64,000 nucleotides of DNA. It comes from Anthoceros angustus (Eukaryota; Plantae; Anthocerotophyta). The translations under genes were made by a program, and so were the position numbers. The DNA lies in assembly GCA_010909165.1 (NCBI GenBank), contig MU008156.1:930001-994000 (forward strand). The letters are read 5' to 3'. The notes beneath the pieces are model-generated. The model was not told the DNA's origin and did no database searches. It saw only the letters and a list, made by a program, of their open reading frames with translations. This document shows, in pieces, positions 24,111-34,913 of this stretch. Each line of letters begins with the position of its first letter. The first letter of the stretch is position 1.

Positions 24111-25485
24111 TTGTTGGAATATGTGGCCCCCGCCCAGCCTGACAGAGCTGCCCCCTGATTCATTCAAGTGGGAGGATGGAGGAGATTCTTTGCTGGTCCT
24201 GTACAAGAGGGCGCATCCTGCATTCCTGCTGTAACCAGAAGCCATGACCGATGTGCTGCTGTGACGCAATGAAGGCCAGCGTCCTTCCCAGCAGTAGCAG
24301 TTTGGAGAGGATGTAAAAGTACTAGACCTTGTGTTCCTGAAGCATATGAGCATTAAGTGTGGTTTAGATTTGCCCACCCGCATTACATCTATGGATGATA
24401 GAATATAGAGTATCTTAGGGTTTAGTGGTATTAAATCATAATACTATATAGAGATTAATTTCTTAGGGAGCTGGGCTCTCTCTGCCCCAGTGTCTTGTCC
24501 TCTCGTTTCTTCATTCGGCATTCACATATCTTGGAGGCTTCTGTCGAGGGCGTTGAGGAGGGGACTTTTCCCATGCAGGCCTCGCTAAGATTAGCCAGGG
24601 ACTCTTTATTCTACGAGGCGAGGGGCTGCCATTGCGTCTTTTTCCTCGCTTCCCGATATTGGGCTCCGGGGGCTTCAGGCATCCCTCCTGGAGAAACAGT
24701 ACGGGCAAGCACAGTTGGCCCTCCTCTGGGATTCCTCCATTCCTAGGCCTACTCGGGTTCCATTATGCAGAGCAATGCATCCACATGACAGGCCTGGAGT
24801 AAGAAAAGACTTTTTGTGGGCACTATAAAAGATGTGAAGCTTGCCCTGCCCTGTTGAATATGTAGACAGGTAAGCAAGTGGTAGCTCCTCTTATGTAACG
24901 TCGTGTGTGTCAGTCCGCATGCTGAGTTGTGGTGAAGGCTGGATGGTCCCACTGTTGGCCATTGGAAGCCTACTTGGGGCCACACGCAATAGGCCACCGG
25001 CCCACATGAAGGAGGATGGTGTCCCACTTCATGTCTTGGTCAAATAGGATATGCCTCATTGCAGAAGCGAAGAGGAAGTGGAGGACAAAGAGGAGACCGA
25101 CCGACCTTGATACCGCCCGACCTTTACCAGCTCCCTTCCAAGTGCGAGTTCTGGCTGGCAGGGCGCCTTGGAAGGCTGTTGAGCTTCTGCGGTGGTATTT
25201 GGATGTTGGACCATGTCAGGCAGCTGTAGGACAAGATTGCGGGGAGGTGCCCGTCTGACATAATGCCTCCCCGCAATCTTTGTCTCCTTTGGCACGTTGC
25301 TGGGGACTTCGAGCTTTTCCTTTTTTCAGTCGCAGCGTGATCGTGGCGGTCACAAAAACGTGGATTGTCCTGTTGCTTACTGTGGACATGCTTCGACGTC
25401 TATGATTGGGATAGCAAGCCTCATTCGGTGCTATGGGCTTTTGGGATGGCAGAGGAGCTAAGGAGACACCTTATTACTTCACCTA

Positions 25486-27104
25486 CAATTGGTCAGGATG
25501 AGGATGAGGACGAGGGAGGTCGAACTGCATCATTTTCTCAATCACCAGGAAGGTCAGGGTGCAACTTCTCCAGCGAGTTCCCGTTTCCCAAACAACGTGC
25601 ACATGGTGATGGAGGTCTTACTCGACCTGTCTCCGGAAGTTTCCCCTTTCCCGAAGAAACTGTTCACGATGAGGAGGGTCAGGGTGGATCGTTCTCACAG
25701 GGGATTACACCTTTTGATTCTCAAGGAACTGATGGCCGGGAAGGTCCGACTGGATCCTGCTCGACAAGAATGCCTGTTGCCGGAGAAGGTGACCTTGATC
25801 AGAGAGGAGGATCGTTCTCTGAAGGAATGCCGCCGTTTAGTGGGTTCGAAGGAGCACGTTCCTCACGAAGGCTTCCTTTCAGTCGAAGATTTTCCTTCAC
25901 TATTGGACCGTAAGGGACTGCAGTAGCTAAGAAACAATCCTCCAGCCAACCCCCCACGTTGGCGCCCATGCCAATGAACATGTGGATGTCGGCGGAGCTA
26001 CAGCCAGGTCGGTACCAAGAAGATATGCGCTTGGAGAATGTGAATAGGGCTCCTTCCTTTACAGATGCACCCCTGGGGCCTACGTTCCCATCGTTTGGAC
26101 CTCCCGTTGCCTCAGTGAGTAAATCTGGAAGGATGAGCACACCTCCGAAACAAAGACCAGCACGCCTCCCAAGCCATCCTTCAAGAAAGGTGAAAGGTCG
26201 AGAGACAGAACGCCACCAAAAGGTAGACTTCTCACTCCTCCAACGCTGTCACCTTTCGCCAAGGAGCTGAAGGGTTGGAGATGAAGGGGATGGACTTTCC
26301 AAGGATGAGCACGCCTCCAAACGTGTCATTCAGTCGAGACCCTTCGGAAGGCTCCGACTGTCTAGGCGAGGCACTCCCCCCCCACACAGCCATGTCCTTC
26401 ATTAGTCAGGCATATCTTGGCAACCGTGATGACCTCCTGGACTTGGTGACGGAGATTGGACGGCATGTCCTTCAGTCAGGCAGATGCTGACAACCGTGAC
26501 GATGGACTCCCATCGTTTCCCAGAATGAGCACACCTCCCAACACGAGGCAATCCAGTCATCAGGGACCTCCTGGAGTCGGTGACGGAGACGTGGACGGCA
26601 TGCCTCTTGAGAATTCCTTGAGTCAATCACCAGCTCAGGGGTTTCAAACCGTGGGACCTCTCCACCTCCTCCTCTCAAGGGACTGCCTCGACCTTCGAAG
26701 GCCATGCCCCTGGCCATGATGCCCATGCCCCTGGCCATGATGCCCATGCCCCAGAACATGGCCACAAATGCCCCAAATCCTCTGGGTGGCTTTCCCCAAG
26801 GATTTCAAGCTAAGGACGAATAATGGAATCATAGACTAATTTCAGAGAGCAACGAGCAATGTGGGCTCCCGGCAAACCAGAATTTTCGCCTCTCATGTTG
26901 ATGACATATTAGCTCTCCGTCCTTGATGTCGAGAACAACAGGTCTTTCCTACAGCTCATCAGAACAGAAACGATCTAACGTGCAGGGCAGTTCCGAGGAC
27001 TAAGAAGGCAGTTCTATCAGAGTGGTTACAAATCGTAGCATTCTCATTAACTCAACACCATCTCATCGTGCATGGCACCTAACAAATGCGCTTGCAAGAA
27101 AAAA
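25486..27104 (+). pseudogene. Degenerate duplicate of the 3' part (repeat tail and 3' UTR) of the TH2-like gene
   Basis: Collinear with 9711-11248, including the 3' UTR. CAA>TAA stop at 25911-25913 (TIGSQ becomes TIGP*) and later frameshifts. No TenA/HAD sequence is recognisable upstream. Confidence 0.93.
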
Positions 27105-27268
27105 CGCGCTACCATGAATGAATTGAGGAGTCATCTACTTTCGTTGATTGAATTGAGATCTATTTGATAGCGGTAGGGGAAACCAATCTGAAGCTGTTTG
27201 CCAGAGTTTGTGAAGCAACCCCAACCTAAATACCTCGTCCAACCACTGTACCTCTACCCTTCAGCAAA

Positions 27269-29192
27269 TCATCTTGTTACCTTGTAAGACTGCAGCAAAC
27301 GCGAACGAATGCACCTGCGTTAGTGTTGAGTGCAAGCTAGTCGAGGAAGCAGGCAGCATGGAAAAATTGTCCAGACCTACCTTCACTTTTGCTAAAAGAT
27401 CCTTTGCGCGCTTGTCATTCTGGAAATGGTCTCTCACGGGCTGAAGTAGCCAGACAAAATATTAGAATCCCGTAACGTCAAACATGCATACAGGGTTCTG
27501 GGCCTTTGATCAGACACCTGAAGAATATCATTGAGTGCCTTTGCAAGAGCAGGTTTTACATCGCCAGGATGCAAAAGGCCCGCTTCATAATCACTTTTCA
27601 AGTCTTCAATGGTGTTGTAGGTCCTGGAGGCAATGCAAGGAGATTGTTCAGCATGTGCCCATAGTTATAGAACTAATGCAGAACCGACAGGATCGGATGG
27701 CCAGGTAACCTACTTGTTACCTCCATACGCTTCAGGACGCACCACAGAAAATGCACCAAACCATGGGAGAACAATGTACTGTATGTACTCCAGGCAAGGA
27801 TTTCCCTCGAAAACATTTGGGGGGCAGTATGCTTTCTTGATTTTTGCTTTAACATCGTCCTGTCAAACATTTCACACGTTTAGAGGGCTAGCAACAACTC
27901 ATAACAATATCTAGTCTGTCTTGCTCCACTGGAAACGACGACAAGCAAACAGTCCATCCGATTTCCTACCACTGTATCTTCCATGAATATGGCAGAGTTG
28001 GGGTCACTTTTTGACATTTTCTCCTGACCTTGGAGTAAGCCAGACAGCATATCTAAGGAAGCAATTAAGTAGAAGCACCAATCTGGAAATAGCTGTTAAC
28101 TAAGTGAAACAGAAGACTCCGGAGTTAGGATACGGTGTGAGAGGATGATGGGTTTAAATTTTCTTTTGATGACGTCGCAGTACTCCCGGGCAAGGACATT
28201 CACTTTGCGCTGGTCTACACCAAGCTGACAAATGTCTGCCTGGAGGAGCAAGAAACACACAGCACTGGGCAAGATGTTAAGCATGTAGGATCAGCAAGCG
28301 AAAGACAGACACAAAAGGCGACTAACCTGGAGGAAGAAAATGTCAGCACATTGCATACAAGGGTACATGATCTGTGCCCCCGATAAGCTATCTTGGTCAC
28401 TCCTCCCCATAATCTGAGAACATCTGGGCATACATGGAGTTGCAGAACACGGGTGATTAAGGTCACAGTCGACAGGGAATGAGATGCACAGATAGCCTGA
28501 AAGTACCTGGTGAGACGATCCAAGGAGTTCTTTCGAGCTATATCCATAACCAGTGGCCAGTAGGTTGTGCTTGAATTGATTTCATCCGAAGACCACAAGA
28601 ACTTTACTTTTTCGAGATTCATCCCAACTGCTTTCCATACTTCAATAAAGTACTCGCCAGTGGTCTTGATTTTGCTTAAGTCGCCTCCCAGCTTGTTATT
28701 TAGGTAGGCGTAGTAGTCAGCAATCCAGAATTTGAAGATGCAGCCTGCTTTCGTCAACTTGTTGACATTCAGGGCTTTCATCACTCCCTGCTCTTCACAC
28801 AACAGCCCTCGTGTCACATGCTGATTTTCCAACTAAAATGCAACCATTATCACCCGGAATCAGCAAAGAAACAAACATGCCCCAAACACCTGGGCTATGT
28901 GCATCCTGCCAGAAGGCTCAAAGCCATCGTAACAGATGGGCTCCTCCTTCTTTTCCAGAAGATTCCAGAGCTCCTCCTCCTTGATGCACTCCTCCCCCAC
29001 GCTCCGCACCAAGTCATACTTCTCTTGCAAGGTCAACCTGGATAAAGCAGCTGAGATCACACTCCCATCTCAACATACCCAAAAAACAAGCGCGCAACAA
29101 ATGGACGATCGATCCTCGTACTCAGGCTCAGGGAGAGGACTTGAGGTTTCCAGCGTCAAGTCCTCCACGGGACGCGTCAATGGATCCGCCAT
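27269..29192 (-). CDS. TyrRS: Tyrosyl-tRNA synthetase, cytosolic (archaeal/eukaryotic) type; multi-exon
   Basis: CYDGFEPSGRMHIAQ (HIGH-like), YPCMQCADIF, ADICQLGVDQRKVN, KMSKS, LHPGDVKPAL. Exon 1 is MADPLTRP...; last exon SYKVTR* with the stop at 27269. Confidence 0.95.
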
Positions 29193-29596
29193 GAGAGCTC
29201 TCAGACGAGCAGAGGAAAGCCAGCCCTATCTACGGCCCAAGCATTGGATGCAAGGACTGTTGCTCTTCTTGTGGCGTGCCCGAGCGTGGCAAAGGTAGAG
29301 AGAATCCGGTTTCTATCTATGTATAAACATGTTAAACTAGGTACCCAGGCTTAAAAAACTAGCTCCCCTCCCCGGTCCGCAATGGAAGACCGTCTGCACC
29401 GTCCTTCAGGATGGTGGACAGCGGTCCTTGAACGATGGCCACACTGTGGCAACCAGACCGGTTTTGGACCCAACAAATTGGTGTGCCTTCAGGAGCTCCC
29501 GCTCACCTCACCTAAGGGAATCAACCCCTGCCAAACAACCAAGCCTCCAGGTTCAGCAGTGTAAGGAGCCAAGCACTGCCACTCCCGAGAATATGT

Positions 29597-30475
29597 GTGG
29601 GTGGAGACGGGCTTTCCAGCGATGGTCGTCTCCAGGGCAGGAGCAGGAGCACTTGTGGCAACAATTCAGCATGTTTGAGCCAGCTTGGGTTGATGACCAG
29701 CTCGTTTCGTTGGATAAGCAGACGGGTCGTGGTAACTCTCCTTCCGAGTCGAGCTCTCCGGATAAGCCTGAACCTGGCAGGCATGCAAGAGCATGCGTGA
29801 GCATGCAACCTGGCAGGCGTGAGCATGTTATGTCAGCAGGGGAAGCTTTCTGAGGCCCTGGAATCTCTGGCGCAGACAGACGTTTCTATTTCTCAGTCTC
29901 TGTTTTACACCGTGCTAAACCTGTGTACAGCTAAGAAGGATGTGGTTGTGGGGTTAGGAGCAAGGGCTCGGACATGAGGCGCTTACTCTGTATGAACGAA
30001 CGGAGTAGGAGGGCCTTATTTTGGCTGACCATGTTACTTTTGCTTGCCTTCTGAAGGCCTGTGCAAGTGCTGTAGAGTTGCAGATTGGCAGGCAGCTGCA
30101 CTCACAGATTGTTGAAAGAGGATTGCTGTATGACATACTGGTGGGCACCTGCATGGTGGACATGTATGCCAAATGTGGTGAACTGAAAGATGCACGCCAG
30201 GTTTTTGAAAGCTGGTCCACAAAGGATGTGGTGACATGGAATCCTCTGTTTGCTGGCTATGCACAGCAAGGACTCGGCTAGGAGGCGCTTGTTGTGTATG
30301 AGCAAATGGAGCAAGAGGGTCTGATTTTAGCTAACAATGCTACTTTTGCTTGCCTCCTGAAGGCTTGTGGAAGCCTCACAGATTGTCGCAGAACTGTTGG
30401 ATAACGCAGTGTTGAGCAACTGCCTTGTGGACATCTATGCAAAATGTGGTGAACTGGGAGATGCACGCCGGCTTT
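29597..30475 (+). pseudogene. PLS-class pentatricopeptide repeat gene fragment
   Basis: ADHVTFACLLKACAS...CMVDMYAKCGELKDARQVF...DVVTWN...YAQQGLG* EAL; a second L-motif and a truncated S-motif follow. In-frame stops and deletions; no E/DYW domain. Confidence 0.85.
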
Positions 30476-30765
30476 AGACCAGCCATCTCTCCCTCAAGCT
30501 TTTCCTGTAGGTTGCAACACGCAGGAACGTCCTCTAGTGGCTGTGTATGTACTCTTCACCATATGATAGAACCAGGAGGCAGTGGGTTCGTAGATATCGG
30601 ATGTTGCGCAACATGTCAGGAGCCCATAACCAAAGGTCATTTGCACAGCTCCCGGAGAGTGTCATATCGAGTGACTTGGAAACCTTTCACAAAACAATCT
30701 GGGAGTGGGGGGTCTCCACCGGTGTTCACCTACTCAGACTACTGGTGTTACATCCCAGCGAACGG

Positions 30766-31075
30766 TCATTCATTTATGTTACGTTGTTGCAGAAATGGGT
30801 GGCCAAATCGGACGCAGTTGGTCCAAAAAGACTTGTCCTTGGACATGCCTATCTCTATCCAAGGTTTGTAATTGCCATTACAATGCACAACAGCTGCCAC
30901 CTCTTCTTTGTCGATGCCTGGGTGGTAACACAGCCCCAATACATGCCAGAACTTCTCTAGTGGGTGCGTCATATTGTAGAATGTGATCAAACCAGGAGGT
31001 AGTGTTCCCAACTTCCACAGTAGCCTATCCTCGTTCTTCATACACCAAGACAGCAGACAGCTTATCTGTCCAAGA
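30766..31075 (-). pseudogene. GAUT: Galacturonosyltransferase (GAUT, GT8) C-terminal fragment
   Basis: LWKLGTLPPGLITFY...WHVLGL...AAVVHCNGNYKPW...NINE*. Only the last ~100 aa, with substitutions at normally invariant sites (GLC for GLG, HCNG for HYNG). Confidence 0.85.
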
Positions 31076-31402
31076 TGAAACACATGTTTTTCATTAAGGA
31101 TTCTTTGCTCGTGTGGTCCTTTTTTGCTTTGGTATTTGTCTTGGTTGGCTCTTGTTGTAGAATATTCTACTGGTTTTATTTAATAATAAATTATATATTT
31201 TTAGGAAAAAAAATACCAACATGAGAGGAGAAAAGAAGACCATGGCTCATGCTCATATGAATTGAACAAACAGAAGCATAGTTCATGCATGTGGAGTAGG
31301 ACACTCTAGTGCCTAAGGTTCTGCTTCACGGCCAACTGACTGTTGGAAACATGGATTCTTAAACCCTCAACCCTTCGAGAGAATCTAGACCAAATTCAGG
31401 CC

Positions 31403-32388
31403 ATGGCGATGGCGAGAACTCTGGTCGGTAGGGCAGGCATAGTGTCTGCGCCGGTGCCATCGGGGCGCCTATTCTGTTTTCTCCCATCCTTGCACGTTTG
31501 TTCTTTCCCAGGTCAAATTGCCTCCAACTCCCCGTCCCTTCGCTCCACCCCCGTCTTCATTCATAGCTTTTCCAGATCCTTCCTCCCATCTGCTGCATTC
31601 TTTGCCAGGTCCTCGTCCGTATCTGCCGAGCAGCAGACATCTGACAGCGAAGGAGCATCTGCTTCTCCTGCTGCTGTTGCTGCTGTTCCTGTGGAGGAGG
31701 TAGTGCCAGAGCTGAGTGCTTTGGATATTAGAGTGGGCAAGATTCTCAAGGCATGGAAGCATCCCTCGGCGGACTCGCTGTACGTGGAGGAGGTAGATGT
31801 TGGAGAGGAGTCCGGGCCCCGCACCATTTGCAGCGGGCTGGTGAAGTACGTTGCCGAGGAGGAATTGCAGGTCCGTTTCGTGTTTGCTGTTGATGCTCAG
31901 GGGGTTCGAGACTCTGTTGATTCGTGTTCTCGCAAACTTACTGCAGGGTAGGTTGGTCATAGTCCTGGCAAACTTGAAGGCACGCAACATGCGTGGCACG
32001 AAATCGGAGGGCATGTTGATGGCTGCATCAGACGCTGCACATGAGAATGTGGAACTGCTGGCACCTCCGGATGGCGCAGTGCCAGGGGAGCGTGCGTGGT
32101 TCGGTTCTGAAGAAGATGCAAACCAGGCTGTAGCAGCCACCCCGAATCAGGCAAGCAAGCTGGTCTTTGCGTGGATGTGTTGGTTGCATTTTCTACCCTC
32201 AGTACCCCATTCACAGAACAAACCTCCCTACTTGCTGGTTGCAGCTGCAAAAGAAGAAGATTTGGGAGACAATCCAACCTCTTCTTAGCACCACAGACGA
32301 GTGCGTAGCAACGTTCAGGGACAAGCCCCTACGGGTGTCCTCGGGCTTTGTGACGTGCAAGTCCCTCAAGGGGGCCAATGTGTCCTGA
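31403..32388 (+). CDS. OB-fold tRNA-binding domain protein (Trbp111/EMAP-II/Arc1p-like) with probable organellar transit peptide; 3 exons
   Basis: LDIRVGKI...[53 protein letters not shown]; Ser/Arg-rich N-terminal ~70 aa; GT-AG introns near 31871 and 32150. Confidence 0.92.
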
Positions 32389-33092
32389 CCTGTCCAGGGT
32401 TTGCTCTTCCCCGTAGCGGGGTCATCCACATTCGGTTCTCCAGATCTCACAGCGTAGCGGAGTATCTTACCCTCTCCAGAGGTCATGGAGGGGTTTTCCT
32501 TTGTGCGTAGGAAGTGGGCCGAAAGAGAGCTCGTAATCCCTCGATGCACTAAAAGCTAGTCGCTTCCATTATCTTCTGAAGGCCCTTCTGAATGAAGCTG
32601 AACAGGTTTTCCTCCACCGATCTGCCTGCCGTGGTGAGCACAGAAGACGCAGGCCACCAGCAGTTCTGCTGTTCTAAATGTTCGTGACCTTCAATTTACG
32701 TTCCAGGAAAAGCCTCGGGATGTATTGTTACACACGCTAATATCCAAAATTGTGTCCACAAATTGCTGTCCAGTTGCGGGGAGGTTGGCCGTCAAGGTGG
32801 CAGCCCTTCCGGCAGGGATGCCAATGAGAAATGCTTGGGAAATGCGTCTGAACAAAATGCACCTGAACACGTTTCAGGGCCGAGATAAGCATTCTCCAGC
32901 CAGCCAGCCAGCCAGCCAGCCAGGATAGAGACGCGGGGAAAAGTAAGTGAGAGCAACCCTACTCTTGGAAGTGTTGAAAAGTGACGCTGAGCCCAGGTTT
33001 TTGTCTACGGCCAGGTACTGTGCATATCCGGATACCCGGGCGGAGGGAGGAAGCGGAACAGAGTGTCTGTGCTGCAGCCAGCAGCGAGCAGC

Positions 33093-33440
33093 ATGCCGAC
33101 GCTCAATCTGTCCACCAACGTGCCGCTGGACGGAGTGGCTGTGTCGGACGTGCTCAAGGACGCCAGCAAGACTGTGGCGCGCATCATCGGCAAGCCCGAG
33201 TCCTATGTCATGGTGGTGCTCAAGGGCTCGGTGCCTATCTCCTTCGGCGGCACTGAAGGGCCTGCTGCCTACGGCGAGGTGGTGTCAATCGGCGGCCTTT
33301 CCCCGGACGTGAACAAGCGGCTCAGCAAGGCTGTGGCGGAGCTGCTCGAGTCCAAGCTCTCTGTGCCTCCCAACCGCTTCTACATCAAGTTTGTGGACGT
33401 AGAGAGGACTGACTTCGGCTGGAACGGCTCCACGTTCTGA
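33093..33440 (+). CDS. MDL: Macrophage migration inhibitory factor / D-dopachrome tautomerase-like protein (115 aa, intronless CDS)
   Basis: MPTLNLSTN (catalytic Pro after Met), GKPESYVMV, FGG, SIGG, RFYIKF, GWNGSTF*. Confidence 0.96.
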   Translation: MPTLNLSTNVPLDGVAVSDVLKDASKTVARIIGKPESYVMVVLKGSVPISFGGTEGPAAYGEVVSIGGLSPDVNKRLSKAVAELLESKLSVPPNRFYIKFVDVERTDFGWNGSTF

Positions 33441-34796
33441 AGGCTCGCTCACCTTGCCGCTTGCCGGCCGTAGGATATGTGGCAGGACCTCAACTTGGTT
33501 GATTGTGTGTTTCACATCTCTTTCCTGGTGACATGCATGTTGGCGGCATCTTGTTGGATTGATCACCTTTTGCCTTTGTGCTCCACCTGTCCTCGATCCC
33601 GTGCTACAAACAATTTGTAAACGTCAGCTGGAGCTGGAATTGTCAATCTCAGTGTGAATTGCACGCTGCATTGCTTGGCAGCTTCTGTCCCTTCTTGTCT
33701 TACATATCACAAGAGCGCAGGTAGAAAACTCAGGGTGCACGGGTTCCCCACCGCTTTGATCGCTTCCCGTTCCGACCGTAGGGAAACCACTTGGGACAGC
33801 TATTTCCAGCTTGGACCAGCCTCGCCGGCCCCGAATATGCTCAGATCTTTCATGTTCCTTCTCCGTGCTGCAGTACATTCGTTGCGTCTCTTCCGACAAA
33901 ATATCAGGTTCGATATTGGGAGCACAGTACAGCTTTGTCCTTTGAGTCCTTCTAAGCTTTTCAGAAAAGAAAAACTTTTGCATACATATTTGCTTTCGTG
34001 TGTGGTGTTTTTGCACTTTCATCTCCAAGCTTTCCTAGGCTTTTCCAAATCTGCGGGTTACGTCGGGAGGTTTCGAGCTGCCTCACTTCAAAAGATATCA
34101 GGCAAAGGATAAGTTGGGAGGTTGTTTTCACTGCTCTTAGACGTACGAACGGAATCGCTAGACCCTAAGTTTTTCTGTTATTGGTTCCACGGAACGCGCT
34201 TTCTTCCTCGTATCCCACCTACGTGTATTACTCGTCTGATTTGGACTTATTAAAAATAAGTTCAGACCTGTTTTTATGGTTTCATGAATGATTATTAGGT
34301 TATAGTCACTTGGAGATTTAAATACCTATGTAAAAGCGAAGGATGGATACACGAGATATCATAAGTGGTATTTTTCTAATGGTTTTGTCTAATTTTTGGT
34401 GTTGTTAGCCATCACGACATGAGTGTAAAATATTATGTAAATAATTTTAGGTAATAAACCAGCAGATGTATATTAATAAAAATAAAACAGTAATTATTTT
34501 TACTATAATAAAATGATAGAAGTTAAAAAATAGTATCTAAATTATCCATAATAATCAAATACTCTATCTATGAATGGCAAAACAAAATATTATCAAAACA
34601 TTTAATACTACATCGTAATTTGATATAGCTATTAGGCACCCCGCTGCCTAATGGATTATTAAAAATAATATTCATATTATTAGAAAATTTTAAAAAAATA
34701 TTTTTATCGTTTGGACATATAAACTAAGGACATACCTAGCGCTTATTGCGTGTCATGTGATTCAATCTTGGATCTATTGCTTGGAAGGAAATTATG

Positions 34797-34797
<1 letters not shown>

Positions 34798-34829
<32 letters not shown>
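34798..34829. repeat. (TA)16 microsatellite
   Basis: Read directly from the sequence. Confidence 0.98.
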
Positions 34830-34831
<2 letters not shown>

Positions 34832-34913
34832 TCCATAATTTTCCTAACCATTGTGCTACAAACACTCATTTAGTATAAGAACACTCATTTTAATGTGCCT
34901 CCAAATAGCTTGG

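Noticed and set aside
24495-25030. Possible Ty3/gypsy integrase or DIRS fragment
   Set aside because: Only vague Cys/His spacing; no convincing catalytic motif in any frame.
27269-33440. TyrRS, EMAP-II-like and MIF genes as a cluster of mammalian cytokine-like moonlighting proteins
   Set aside because: The cytokine roles are metazoan-specific; there is no sequence evidence for a shared plant function, and the adjacency is probably chance.
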